Shown: positions 39,799 to 53,087, numbered from the stretch's first letter. The stretch: 64,000 nt of DNA from Octopus sinensis (GCF_006345805.1 NC_043006.1:13392001-13456000); one strand, 5' to 3'. Notes: generated by a model not told the origin, from the sequence alone. A program made the numbers and translations.

Positions 39799-40297
39799 TA
39801 TATATATATGTATATATGCGTGTGTGTGTGTATTGCTGAAACCCCCTTCGGTCAGGACTGACCATAGGATAGCACCTAGAAAGTTACCTTCCAGGCACAA
39901 GCCCGGGCAAGGTTGTTTATGGAAGACTAGCAGTCCCCTCTCCAGGCCACCAGTGTTATCCAAGGGAAAGGCAAAGGGGCCGATACAGCTTGGCACCTGT
40001 GACGTCGCAACTCATTTCTACAGCCAAGTGAACTGGAGTAACGTGAAATAAAGTGCCTTGCTCAAGAACACAACACGCAGCCTTGTCCGGGATTCGAACT
40101 CACTACCTCGCGATCGTAAGCTCGATGATCTAACCACTGTATATGTGTATGTATATGTATATATATATATATTATATATATATATGTGTGTGTGTGTGTG
40201 TGGTGTGTGTGTGTGTGTGTGTGTGTGTGTATCTATGTATGTATGTATGTATGTATGTATGTATACAAAGCTCGACGCTCTAACCACTGTATATGTG

Positions 40298-40372
<75 letters not shown>

Positions 40373-41321
40373 ATACTACCAGTATCGCCCGGCGTTGCTC
40401 GGGTTTGTAAGGGAAATAACTATATAAGCATTTTTAGAGAGTTATAGCCAAAAGATAGCAAAAATATGCATTAAAAATGGAAAAAAAAATGATGGTAAAT
40501 TTTTTTTTAAATCGTTGAATCATTGTAAACATTTTTAGATAGTTACTTCACTTTTATATATAAAGATTTCAGAAAAGCAAGAAAATGTTTCCGATACGAC
40601 TTACGAGATTTATGATACCTAAAAAATAATTAATTTAGTAAAAGAGTAATAAATGTTTTATTGGTGAGATATAGAGTCACGTGAACATTACGGACCGTCG
40701 TGATTCGTACTTTGGATCTTTTCGGTTTGAACGGCAGTTTTTAATATAATTTATAGGTAACTAAAAAAATTTTAACTTCGTATACTGGTGGAATGTGTTT
40801 TTAAAACATCTTTTTCTCTTGACTTTATTGAGAAAATTCTATAGTTTGTAAGATATTTGTTGGGTTTTTTTTCTGCAATTTCAACCAATCACTGACGTCT
40901 ATTGAGGTAAACAACATTCTGTGCCGTATGAATATGTCCCTCGTTTAAGAAACAGACTGGGTTTATTTACATTTCTGAAGAAAAAAAGAAAAGCCCCCCT
41001 CCCCATCTAACCCTAAAATAGATTGAAATGCAATAAGATCGATACCAGGGTCATAATTATGGTTGACAATTTCATATGACACCGCTAGAAAAAACTGCCG
41101 TTCAAACCGAAAATATCCCGTAATTTTCATTCACGTTTATTATCAAATCTACACAATTACAGATTACGCTTATGATAATATCATTTTTTAAAAAATAGAA
41201 ATATTAAAATTCTCAGATTGAAAGGATTAAATAAAACAACTACTACGAAATAAAATAAAAGATATTACAAAATATGGAAGAACTAATTAAATACAGCTAT
41301 ATAAGTGTAAGTATAAATCAG

Positions 41322-41340
41322 TCACTGTACTAAATAGAAA
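41322..41340 (+). promoter_or_regulatory. putative snRNA proximal sequence element (PSE)
   Basis: TCACTGTACTAAATAGAAA at about -53 from the U2 start resembles the metazoan PSE in sequence and position. Confidence 0.45.
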
Positions 41341-41374
41341 TAGGTATAATAGTTCTAAGCTAGGGCAAAAAATT

Positions 41375-41565
41375 ATCGCTTCTCGGCCTTTTGGCTAAGA
41401 TCAAAGTGTAGTATCTGTTCTTATCAGCTTAATATCTGATACGGTCCCTATTTGGGACCATCGATATTAAACTGATTTTTAGAACGAGGCGAAGAGTTAG
41501 GGGCTTGCTCCGCCTTTGCCACGGGTTGGCCTGGTATAGCAGTACTTCCAGGATTCAGCCCATCT
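41375..41565 (+). ncRNA. U2: U2 spliceosomal snRNA (variant copy)
   Basis: ATCGCTTCTCGGCCTTTTGGCTAAGATCAAAGTGTAGTATCTGTTCTTATCAGCTTAATATCTGATACG matches the U2 5' end including branch-site recognition GTAGTA; Sm-like site, stem III and stem IV present; about 190 nt. Confidence 0.95.
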
Positions 41566-42184
41566 CCCACCCGGGAGATATAAACAAATTAAAAGCAGAC
41601 TTAATATCCTGACATCCCTTCTACCACCTGTAATTACATACATCCACATCTTCTGCTGTCCACCCATCGTTTGCCTTGTTTTCCTCATACAAATAATATC
41701 CTGGAAGCCCTTCATCTTCTGTTTTTAATACAAGGCTTGTGGTTTTGACTGCTATTTCTAATCGCTCCGGTCTGTCATAGTAAGTATAAATTGCAAAGCA
41801 ACAGTTAGTTACCGCAAGATAGAAAGCCACCCTTATAATTTGTTTTTTAATTATAAAATACAAGCAGTATCGCCCGGCGTTGCTCGGGTTTGTAAGGGAA
41901 ATAACTATATAAGCATTTTTAGAGAGTTATAGCAAAAAATGGTGAACTTTTTTAAATCGTTGAGTCATCGTAGACATTTTTAGAGAGTTACTTCCCTTAT
42001 ATAATAGCGAAAAAATGGAAAAAAATGATGGTAATTTTTGTTTTAAATCGTAGACGCGCTAATACACAGAAGGGCTCGATATGAATCACGACTATAAGAT
42101 ACCCGGTTTTGGTTAAACTGCACCGCAAAATGTGGGAGTAGTTAGGAATCTAAATCGTAGGAGACAGACACACAACCTTACTTT

Positions 42185-42229
<45 letters not shown>

Positions 42230-42231
<2 letters not shown>

Positions 42232-43560
42232 TTAGATAAACTTACATATGTTTCGACCAAAGATTGGTCCACGCCATGTCTAACTTACTAGCACCACCTG
42301 ATATGATTATCTAAATCCTGTTTAAGTCAAGTTTTGTTTATGGTCCATTCAAGTAGCGAGTTTTTGTTAAGTTGTATCCAATTATGGGTGGCTTATCTGG
42401 TATTCCTTGAAGAAATCTATTCAGACTCCGTTTAAAGTTGAGGGGATCCTGTTCCTCTTTGATCTCTTTCGGGACAATGTTAAATAGGGCAGGGCCTGTT
42501 GAGGAAAAGAAATTATGTTGCAGTGTACATATATGCTGTGATCCTGAATTGGGCAGGGGACGTATGGCCCGTGGTCCCAGTCTTGGATGAACCTTGAAGC
42601 TAATGTTCAGGTCGTTTGGGAAAAGTTGGCGGTATATTTTCCACATCGTATAATTGATGTGCCGCTCACGGCGGGGCTGAAGAGAGTAGAGTTTCAAGGC
42701 TTTAAGGCAGTCCCAATAATCGAGAGCAGCCATGCCTTCAATTCGTTTAGTGAGTGTCCTCTAGAGTGATTCAATCCTCGAGATGTTTTGTCTTGTATGG
42801 GGAGACCACAGTGGGCAGCAGTATTCGAGGTGTGGCCGTACAAAGGAGGAGAAGAGTGGTATGATGACACCTTGTTCTCTGGACCGGAAAGTTCTTAAGA
42901 TCCAGGAACTCATCCTACGAGCTCTATCGACCTTATTGTTGATGTGGGCACTCCAACTGAGATTGTTATCAACAATTACGCCCAGGTCTCTGATATTGTT
43001 AGTGGCTGTGAGCGGTTCCCCTGAAGGAAGAGAGTATGGCTGTTTTAGAGTGGACTTTCTTCCAAAATGCATCAGCTCAAATTTTCCCTCATTCAGTTGC
43101 ATTTTGTTTCTGTCTGCCCATTGACTCACAGCATATAGATCAGACTGGAGTTGAGTTCGGTCTGCTTCTTCATTGACGATTTGCTGGAGCTTAGTGTCAT
43201 CAGCAAATATTTTCACTTTGCAGTAATGTACGACACTGGAAAGGTCGTTTATATAAATTATAAAGAGGAGCGGGCCCAAGACAGTCCCGTGGGGGACACC
43301 GCTGGTGACTTTTGCTGGGCTTGAGTGGACTCCATCGACTACATGTTGTGTTCTATTCGCCAGGAAATATTTAATCCAGTGTAGAAGTTTTCCACAGATT
43401 CCAACATTTACCAATTTTGAGAGTAGGATATTGTGGTCTACCCTGTCGAACGCTTTACTGAAGTCAAGATATATAACATCAGAGTTCGAACCTGTTCCAA
43501 AGACTTTAAGTATATCTTCAATGTGGTGTAAGAGCTGTGTTAGACAGTCCCTTGCCACAG
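42230..43560 (-). mobile_element. CR1/Jockey-group LINE RT and 3' end
   Basis: YLDFSKAFDRVDH, SGVPHGTVLGPLLF, FADD, RPHLEYC motifs; in-frame stop after ESL. Confidence 0.9.
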
Positions 43561-43637
43561 TGAAAGCCATGCTGATTTGCATTTAGAAGTTAGTGGGTCT
43601 CCAGGAAGTAAGCTATCCTTGATCTTAACACTCTTTC

Positions 43638-43698
<61 letters not shown>

Positions 43699-44168
43699 TG
43701 TGAAAATTACAAGGATAGAAAATTGAGAAAAAATTTCATAACGGTGGCTAGCATGCATCATAAAAGTCAATAGACAACATATTTTCATATATGAGTGTGC
43801 ATAAGTATTTTGCTTTGGTTTTTGCTGCCCTTTCTAGCATGTAAGGCGTCCTGTCAAGGGTCACATCTCTGTATAAATACTTATACATTCATATATGAAT
43901 ATGTGTGTGTGCAAATTTTCAGTTTTGCATTTATTTTTGTTATTGTTTTTTTTTTTTTTTAATTTGTTTGGTTTATGTTGCACATAATGTTGAAGTTGTA
44001 ATGTCAAATATTTAAAATACCTATCCATTTTTGTTTTGGTAGATTCGTAATCTTCAGTGCTTAAAACAGAAAACATTCAGAGAAATTTTGGTTTTTGACA
44101 TTACTGGATAATTTTGACTTTATCCTCTAGGATTGCCAAGCTTCGAATTCAAAAGGGATACAACTTAA

Positions 44169-44896
44169 GAAGAGTGGTCTCGGTGCGCGCACTCGCGTAG
44201 TAACGCATCCGCGCTAGCTTGTCGTGACAAGTCGATCCTAGAACGACTACCTAGCAAAGTAAATAAAAGACAAAATAAATATTTTTTTTACACAAAGTAA
44301 ATAATTTTTTCTAAACAAAGTAAATAAAACGCAAAAACACGAAGTAAATAATTTGGATCTTTTCGGTTTGACCGGCAGTTTTTAAAAATAATTTCCATGT
44401 AACTAAAAATGTTAAACTTCATATACTGGTAGAATGTGTTTATAAAACATCTTTTTCTCTTGGCTTTATTGAGAAAATTCTATAGTTTGTAAGATATTTA
44501 TTGGTTTTTTTCTTCAATTTCTGCAATTACAACCAATCAATGTCGTCTATTGAGGTAAAAACATTCTGTGTCGTATGAATATGTCCCTCGTTTAAGAAAC
44601 AAATTGGGTTTATTTACATTTGTGAAGAAAAAAAGATACCCTTCCCCCCACCCCTAACCCTAAAACAGATTGAAATGCAATAGATCGATACTAGGGTCAT
44701 AATTATGGGTGACAATTTCATGACACCGCTAGAAAAAACTGCCATTCAAACCGAAAAGATTCAAATATTTTTTACACAAAGTAAATAATTTTTTTAAACA
44801 AAATAAAATACAAAAACACAAAGTAACGATCGACTAGTCACGACTAGCTAGCTCGGATGCGTGATTACGCGAGTGCGCGCACCCGGACCACTCTTC
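44169..44896. mobile_element. TIR element with TTAA target duplication (Kolobok-like), carrying a nested MITE
   Basis: TTAA|GAAGAGTGGTC..GCGCGCACTCGCG ... CGCGAGTGCGCGC..GACCACTCTTC|TTAA. Confidence 0.7.
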
Positions 44897-45313
44897 TTAA
44901 GTAGTGCCTCAAAAGGCAATTTGCGGGATCGAATCGACGGGAGAGCACTTTTTTCCTCCCGAAACAGAAATAACCATGGTAGATAACTCTGTTTGATAAA
45001 TTATCTGTGAAATAATAATTTGCAAATATTAATGAGAAATGAGTCGATAACATCGACTCTAGTATTTAAAATAAAGTACCAGTTAAGTACTTGAGTCGAC
45101 TGTTTGGACTAAACCTTTTCCCTAAAACATTACTGGTATTGTCCCAAAATCCGAGACGTTACCGTCGTACAGAGTTATCGACCGTTGTTCATTTCGTCAA
45201 GTAACAGGAAGTCGACTACGCACACGCACACACACATATTAACATACATATATATACATAGTATAGTTGATGCACATATATATAGACACACACACACACA
45301 CACACACACATCA

Positions 45314-45766
45314 TATTGGTACTACTAGTGAACAGTGGTCCCGGTGCGCGGACTCGCGCATCCGCGTTAGCTAGACGTAAGTAGTCGATCCTACAACGAC
45401 TTTGCGCGTATTTTTGTCTTTCAAGGCTGAATTCATATCAAAGAAAATTAAATTACATTTTTCGAACAAAGTAAATAAAACGCAAAGTGAATCATTTTTT
45501 AAAACTAAGTAAATAAATTATTTTTCAAAACAATGCTTATAATTTTTTTTAAACAAATTAAATATTTTTCGAACAAAGTAAAATTAAAAGGCAAAGTAAA
45601 AATTTTTTAAAACTAAGTAAAGAAATTATGCTTATTAACAAACTATGGTTAGAGTTAGGGTAAGGGTTTAAAAGTCTTAGGATCGACTACTTACGACTAG
45701 CTAGTGCGGATGCGCGAGTGCGCGAGAGCGCGCACTGGGACCACTGTTCGCTATTAGTACCCAGTA
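45314..45766. mobile_element. related TIR element (MITE) with TTAGGG-like repeats
   Basis: GTACTACTAGTGAACAGTGGTCCC / GGGACCACTGTTCGCTATTAGTAC; shares subterminal motifs with the 44169 element. Confidence 0.7.
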
Positions 45767-45839
45767 TATTCACTTAGATACATAAACACGCATATTCGCA
45801 TACATACATATATTCACACAGTACGCATAGTATAGCAAT

Positions 45840-46110
45840 ACATACACTCACACACACACATACATGAATACACTCACACACACACATGAATACACTCATA
45901 CACACACATACATGAATACACTCACACTCACACACACACACACATACATGAATACACTCACACACACACATGAATACACTCATACACACACATGAATACA
46001 CTCATACACACACATACATGAATACACTCACACACACACATACATGAATACACTCACACTCACACACACACACACATACATGAATACACTCACACATACA
46101 CACACACATG
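45840..46110. repeat. CA-rich minisatellite (CACACATACATGAATACACT-like unit)
   Basis: directly visible, immediately upstream of the AP4E1 promoter. Confidence 0.85.
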
Positions 46111-46123
46111 CTACCGGAAGTTG
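46111..46123 (+). promoter_or_regulatory. ETS-type motif (CCGGAAGT) in the probable AP4E1 core promoter
   Basis: ctaCCGGAAGTtg about 190 nt upstream of the ATG; typical of housekeeping promoters; not verified. Confidence 0.35.
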
Positions 46124-46302
46124 TCGATGTTTATAAGATCCGAGTTTGTTGTTCTTTCTCCTCTCTCTCCTTAAAACAAGTCGATCTTTTTTGCTTCTTA
46201 TTTTTGGGCGATGGTTTCTATAATTTATTATTTAGTGATGGCAGCGATTTAATGGAAATTACAACAGCATTGATGTGACAAAGCGTAGCAGCAGCCGGAG
46301 AT

Positions 46303-46488
46303 ATGTCTGATATTGTGGAGAAGACACTGAGTTCGTTACCGCGGTTGTTGAGTGAGAACCTACTGGGTGGCCTCACCTCACCCACGTCGAGCAATGGGGC
46401 CAACAGTGGCGGGTACCAGTACGGCACGGGACTCTCCAGGGGATTCTATAACCTCATGCGAAATGTGGAATATGCGAGATCGGTGGCG
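46303..46488 (+). CDS. AP4E1: AP-4 complex subunit epsilon, exon 1
   Basis: MSDIVEKTLSSLPRL resembles the human AP4E1 N-terminus MSDIVEKTLTALPGL; donor GCG|GTGAGT. Confidence 0.93.
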
Positions 46489-46559
46489 GTGAGTAGCAAT
46501 CTATGATAAAAAAGACATGACTAGAAAGAATTAAAAAGAAGCCAGGATGTGTGTGTGTG

Positions 46560-47012
46560 TATGCCGAGGTCGACTTTGCTTTTCGTCCTTTCGAGGGATC
46601 GATAAATTAAGTACCAGTTTCGCACTGGCTCGATCTAATCGACTTAATCCCTTTGTCTGTCCCCTCTATGTTTGGCCCCTTGTGGGCAATAAAGAAATAA
46701 GTATGTGTATGTATGCCGAGGTCGACTTTGCCTTTCATCCTTTCGGGGGTCGATAAATTAAGTACCAATTGCGCACTGGCTCGATCTAATCGACTTAATC
46801 CCTTTGTCTGTCCCCTCTATGTTTGGCCCCTTGTGGGCAATAAAGGAATAAGTATGTGTATGTATGCCGAGGTCGACTTTGCCTTTCATCCTTTCGGGAT
46901 TGATAATTAAAGTACCAGTTTCGCACTGGAGTTGATATAATCGACTTAATACCTTTGTCTGTCCTTGTTTGTCCCCTCTATGTTTAGTCCCTTGTGGGCA
47001 ATAAAGAAATAA
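46560..47012 (+). mobile_element. three tandem 3' portions of SINE family A
   Basis: unit of about 150 bp repeated. Confidence 0.8.
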
Positions 47013-49254
47013 ATATATGTATGTATGCGTGTTTAGCCAGTCTTTCGACAAATATCCCAGTGCATATTTTTTCTGACTTATAGATGACTATATACATACA
47101 TACATGTACACGCGCTTATATAATTCATTTTTTGGAACAGTGTAAATATTATGTAGAAAGACCCTTTTGGATTGAAAAAAAAAACGAAGGCTGCCTGTCC
47201 TTGGGACGTCAACGTCCAGAAATTGTTTTCGTTCGTTATTAGTAATTAGGCAGCCAACCATAGATCTTCATTGATTATTTCTCAATTTAACTCTGGCAAC
47301 TGAAAACCATATCAACGAGAGACTCTCTCCCTCTCTATATATATACTCATACACACCTGATTTACAGTCTTTTAATTACCAGTTTGTGGCAGTAAATAAA
47401 ATAATAATCTATTCTTTCAAACTTTGGCGCAAGACCAGCGATTTCGAGAGTAGGGGACAAGTCGATTACATTGACTGGTACTTTATTTTATCGACCCAAA
47501 CAGGATGAAAGGCAGGATTTGAACACAGAACTGCAAGAAATGTCGTTAAGCACTTTGTCCGACGTTCTAACGATTCTGCCAGCTCGCCACCCTGAAGCAC
47601 TAATTCATTATATGAACACTTAAATATATATTTCGAATGGTTTGGCTAATTATATTTATAATCAGTTGTTGATAGTTTTTGTATTTCTGCTGTTAACATA
47701 CGACTTATCGTTTTAACATTATAATAGTTGTTTTATACCTTCTGAAATTTACGACTTTTAGAAGTTGTAATGTTGCGATACTAGAATAATACTCTGGGGT
47801 ACCTCTGAAGATGCTTGTCTAAATTGAACTGATGGCAGAGTTTCGGATCATGCACCTCGGCACTAACTTTTTCACTCCCTATCAGTTCTTAGTTCGAAAA
47901 CTACGCTTGTTGACTTCGTCTTCACTCTTTCCTCTGTTTGTAAAACAATTACTAGTAGTGTTGTATAAGGGAAAGCTATAAAACTCCCCCTTGCAAGTGT
48001 ATTCCTTTGTGCCTATGTAAGATATCAAATACAAAAGTTTCCAGCACCACCTCTGATTTAGGTACAATACCAGCAATGTTTTCGGGAAAGGTTTAGTCAA
48101 AACAGTCGACTCAAGTACTTAACTGGTACTTCATTTTAAATACTAGAGTCGATGTTATCTTCTCTCTCACTCTTCTCTCAAAGAATCAATCAGTTTGAAT
48201 GGGACAAAAATAATTTGCATTAATTCAGCATCAATTTTCCCCATAAACAACCCCGAACCAGCAAAATAGCCTCTTTCTCACTAATTGCTTGGTCTGCATG
48301 CAAGAAAAATCAGCTAAAGTTTCTCAAACCTTAAAAAAAGAAAAAAAAAAAGGTAGGTTTCATTGTACATGTAGTTCTAGATATACAAGAAGAAAGAGAT
48401 TAGGGCATCTTTAATCATTAGCCTGCACAATCAGGTCTGACACAGAGGATAAACGATTTGTCTAATCTAAAATAAATTTGAGTGGTTCCTAGTCACCATC
48501 TCAGTACCCAAAATGAGATGTTTTGAGAATTGCTTTGCTGAAGAATTACCATTATTGTACTCTGATTTACAGCAGTAAGTTGGTGGAATTGTTAGCACAT
48601 GGGACAAAATACTTAGTGCCATTTTCTTCCAGTCCTTAATGTTCTGAGCTCAAATACCACCAAGATCAAATCTATTTTTCATCCTTTGGTGATTGATGAA
48701 AAAATGTACATGTTAGGTATTGGGTGGTCAATGTAATTCACATGTGGAAGAACATGGCCTAGTGGTTAGCACAGCGGACTCATGGTTGAGGGATCGCAGG
48801 TTCGAATCTCAGACCTGGTGATGTGTGTGTTTATGAGCGAAACACCTAAGCTCCACGCAGCTCCGGCAGAAGGTAATGGCAAACTTCTGCAGACTCTTTC
48901 GCCACAACTTCCTCTCACTCCTTCCTCCTGCATCTTGCAGCTCACCTGCGACGGACCGGCGTCCCGTCCAGGTGGGGAACCTATACGCCAAGGAAACTGG
49001 GAAACCGGCCCTTATGAATTATCATACTCTGATTTAATCAGACTAAATTTTCATCTTGGCACAAGCTTTCAAAATTTTTGCCCTTCGGCCTTCTTCAAGA
49101 ACATTAATGTAGCATGGGGTTTTGGCTGCCTGCTTCTTTAACTCTTTCTTTACCATTCTTCTGTTGAAATATATTGTCTTTGTTTCAATTCATTTTGAAG
49201 ATTTTGTAAAATAACTTTGTCATTATTACACTGGCATTTAGTACAAATATTAAC

Positions 49255-49645
49255 TCGCCTGGCTTCTGTGCCAGTGGACATAAAAAGCACCATCCGAACG
49301 TGGCCGATGCCAGCGCTGCCTCGACTGGCTTCTGTGCCGGTGGGACATAAAGAGCACCATCAGAACGTGGCCAATGCCAGCGCTGCCTTGGCTGGCTTCC
49401 GTGCCGGTGGCACATTAAAAGCACCAACCGATCGTGGCCGATGCCATACCCCCCGGGCACCTGTGCAGGTGGCACGTAAAAAGCACCGACTACACTCAGA
49501 GTGGTTGGTGTTAGGAAGGGCATCCAGCTGTAGAAACACTGCCAGATTAGACTGGAGCCTGGTGCAGCCCCTGGCTTCCCAGACCCTGGTTGAACTGTCC
49601 AACCCGTGCTAGCGCGGAAAACGGACGTTAAACGATGATGATGAT
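49255..49645 (+). mobile_element. SINE family D (internal ~60-bp subrepeats, aggaagggcatccagctgtag, (GAT)n tail)
   Basis: other copies at 50730-51055 (-), 53250-53650 (-), 54478-54725 (-), 57825-58203 (+), 60210-60800 (-), 61028-61300 (-). Confidence 0.75.
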
Positions 49646-49865
49646 TAACATGGAATTTTTATGGAAGGTTTTAAATGACATTACTTTAAAACAAGGAGTT
49701 GGCATTATAGAACCAAAAGTGATCTTCAGCAGGTTGGTTTAAAAAGGGTTAGACGTAATATAAACCTTCAGCTACAGCAAGCACACATATATAAAGTGGT
49801 TTCCCTGGTAGCCCCCTTGCTTCATGCTATGCTACTGTTGTATTCATAATATTTTCAGAATTTAA

Positions 49866-50500
49866 GGCGTTGAGCTGGCCGAAGCGTTAGCATGCCGGGT
49901 GAAATGCTTAGCGGTATTTCGTCTGTCGTTACGTTCTGAGTTCAAATTCCGCAGAGTCCGACTTTGCCTTTCATCCTTTCGGGGTCGATAAATTAAGTAC
50001 CAGTTACGCACTGGGGTCGATGTAATCGACTTAGTCCCTTTGTCTGTCCTTGTTTGTCCTCTCTATGTTTAGCCCCTTGTAGGTAATAAAGAAATAAGAA
50101 ACGTTAGCATGCCGGGCGAAATGCTTAGCGGTATTTCATCTGCCGTTACGTTCTGAGTTCAAATCTGCCGAGATCAGCTTTGCCTTTCATCCTTTCGGGG
50201 GTCGATTAAATAAGTACCAGTTATGCACTGGGGTCGATATTATCGACTTAATCCGTTTGTCCCCTCTGTGTTTAGCCCCTTGTGGGTAGTAAAGAAATAG
50301 GTATTTTGTCTGTCTTTACGTTCTGAGTTCAAATTCCGCTGAGGTCGACTTTGCTTTTCATCCTTTCAGAGTCGGTGAACTAAGTACCAGATGTAATCGA
50401 CTTAACCCCTTTGTCTGTCATTTGCGTATTGGGGTTGATCTGATTGACTGGCCCTCTCCCCCAAAATTTTGGGCCTTGTGCCTAGAGTAGAAAAGAACAT
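49866..50500 (+). mobile_element. SINE family A tandem array
   Basis: three successive cores. Confidence 0.8.
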
Positions 50501-51164
50501 TTCCAGGATTTCAGTTTGATCCCTTAAATCTAGCCATGGTGATAGTTTTCATTTTGCTGTCCCTACACAAGATTCCCTTGTACTTGTAAAGTTTCCTTAT
50601 GATACTGCTTACTCATTCCACTTGAACTAGAGTATAGAAACAGATCTAGGTATTGAACTCATACCCACCTGATAAATTACAACAATGAGCACTTAATATA
50701 AGACCTTAGCGTGCTTATTTTGCTATTGGATCATCATCATCATCATCATTTAACGTCCGCTTTCCATGCTAGCATGGGTTGGACGGTTCAACTGAGGTCT
50801 GGGAAGCCAGGAGGCTGCACCAGGCTCCAGTCTGATCTGGCAGTGTTTCTACAGCTGGATGCCCTTCCTAACGCCAACCACTCCGTGAGTGTAGTGGGTG
50901 CTTTTTACGTGCCACTGGCACAGGTGCCAGGGGGGGTCTGGCAACAGCCATGATCGGTTGGTGCATTTTACGTGCCACCGGCACAGAGGCCCCTCGGGGG
51001 CGGCGCTGGCAACAGCCACATTTGGCAACGGACACGTTCGGAATCAACGGCCACGTTCGGCAAATAGACATTATTGTTCCTGTTGCTTCCATCAGCTTTA
51101 TTATTATGGAGATCGGCCATTGTATGTCCATGACTATTCATCAAATTATTTTGTCAATTTTCAG

Positions 51165-51236
51165 AAAGAACAGCTTATTATACAGAAGGATCTCTCGGTT
51201 GTACAACAGAAATTATCTCAACCAGATATATCAACA
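51165..51236 (+). CDS. AP4E1: AP4E1 exon 2
   Basis: tttcag|KEQLIIQKDLSVVQQKLSQPDIST|gtaagt; 72 nt. Confidence 0.9.
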
Positions 51237-52300
51237 GTAAGTATATCCTGTCATCAGTTAAACATCATTTATTTTCACACACATTTCAGTATTATCCTGC
51301 TAAACTTTATTCGTTTTAACACACATTTCAGTTTTATCTTGCCACCTTCTTTTGGTAAATAAAATAATGCATATTTCCTTTGTCTGACGTCTAATGGTGA
51401 ATAACAGAGTGGTAGAGAAAGTTCCAAAGACTCCTCCATTCAAACTCTTGTGGACGGCAGTTTTACTAATCACCAGTAAATTATCTACAAGGAAGAGGGA
51501 AGAGTAAGATTGATGCGGCTAAATGAGTTTGAATATGAAAATGTAACCCAGAGACTGTGTGTGTGTGTGTGTATGTATATATATATATATATAGATAGAT
51601 AGATAAAATGTGTATTTTCATATAAGAGAACAAAGTGTATGTATGCCACTATATATATATTATATATATAGATAGATAGATAAAATGTGTATTTTCATAT
51701 AAGAGAACAAAGTGTATGTATGCCACTATATATATATTTATATATAAAATACAAAATTGGACAAGAACACAAAACATCTGGGCAACTAGGTGATACAAAA
51801 AGAGACAAAACATCCAGGTAGACGATACGAAAAAACAAGGACGGGTCATTCAAAACTTTCTATCCTCAGTCAAGGACCGGATCATCCTTGCAATTTTGGC
51901 TGATTAATCATGAGATTGCTCCAATCTGGCTAGCCCCAAGGAAAAACTAAGCAAACAGCATTAGATTCCTTGGAAGAAAGCATCAAATGTATATGAAAAC
52001 AAGGACAGAAAAGCAGACGATGTTACAAAAATATAAATACAAAATTCGATGCTTTCTTCCAAGGAATTTAATGCTCTATATACTGTTATTAGTGGGAGAT
52101 TTAGCTATTATTTCTTGTAGGTCACACACTACAGAATGTTTTTCCTATGTCGAAGGTTATTATAAAGTTTATATTAAGAGATATTCTCACTCCTGCCACC
52201 ATGTTTCAGCTTCATTTCTAAAAAACACATTAATTCGTTTTGTTGACTCTAAACACAACAATACATAAAATTACAAATTCTGCAACAATCTGGACCTTAA

Positions 52301-52520
52301 CCCTTTGGTGTTTAAACTGGCCATATCCGGCCCAAATATTCTAAATGTTTTATATTCACACTGGCAATATCTAGTCTCTCACACCTAACCTACAATGTCA
52401 CGCTAAAAGTAAACAATCACATCACTGAAACCGCAAAGCTATAAGATAATGCATGATTAATTCAAAACAATTTGAGTGAAAAAGTATTATATTTAACAGA
52501 GTAATCTGAACACTAAAGGG
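52301..52520. mobile_element. piggyBac-like MITE
   Basis: TTAA|CCCTTT ... AAAGGG|TTAA; related copy at about 56931-57159. Confidence 0.75.
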
Positions 52521-52578
52521 TTAAATCAAGCATGTTGATCCCATTAAATCCATTTTCCTTTTTGTAATCTATTAACAG

Positions 52579-52702
52579 CATCAGATCAGGGATTACTTAA
52601 CCCGCCTCATCTTCTGTCACATGATGGGTTATGATACGTCTTTCGGGTACATCCATGCTGTGAAACTTGCTCAACAAGGAAGCGGGTGGATGAAATGGAT
52701 GG
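52579..52702 (+). CDS. AP4E1: AP4E1 exon 3
   Basis: taacag|HQIRDYLTRLIFCHMMGYDTSFGYIHAVKLAQQGSGWMKWM+G|gtaagt; adaptin GYD.SFGYIHA.KLAQQG motif. Confidence 0.95.
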
Positions 52703-53087
52703 GTAAGTTGAAAGTCCAGCCTCATAAAAGGTATTTTCACATCTATGATCCAACGTAGACTATTTTTACACACACACACACAGATGTGCGCATGCTCATG
52801 TACACGCATATAACAAGCTTCTTTCGATTTCTGTGCACCAAGTTCATTCACAATGCTTTGGTTGACTTGGGGGCTATAGCAGAAGACACTTGGCTGAGGT
52901 GCCTCTCAGTTCGAGTAAACCTGAAACTATGTGGCTGGGGAGGTGTTAGAAGCAAGCTTCTTAACCACATAGCCGTACCTGCATCGATATATATGTATAT
53001 GCACATGCACACATGCACATACCGTAAATCCTCGTACAGTAACACTACTTCTCTGAACCTAATTTGATTTCTCTTCGATATTTCCAG

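Noticed and set aside
45140-45225. Possible divergent first exon (minus-strand ACG|GTAACG donor, CAGGAAGT)
   Set aside because: Only weak motifs; needs transcript data.
47795-47895. CTGAAGA and CTGATAG..GAAAC motifs
   Set aside because: Stems and cleavage triplet cannot be assembled on either strand.
51830-52080. Inverted-repeat element with minus-strand CTGAGGA
   Set aside because: Probably PLE-derived, but the GAAA and stem arrangement is too degenerate to call a ribozyme.
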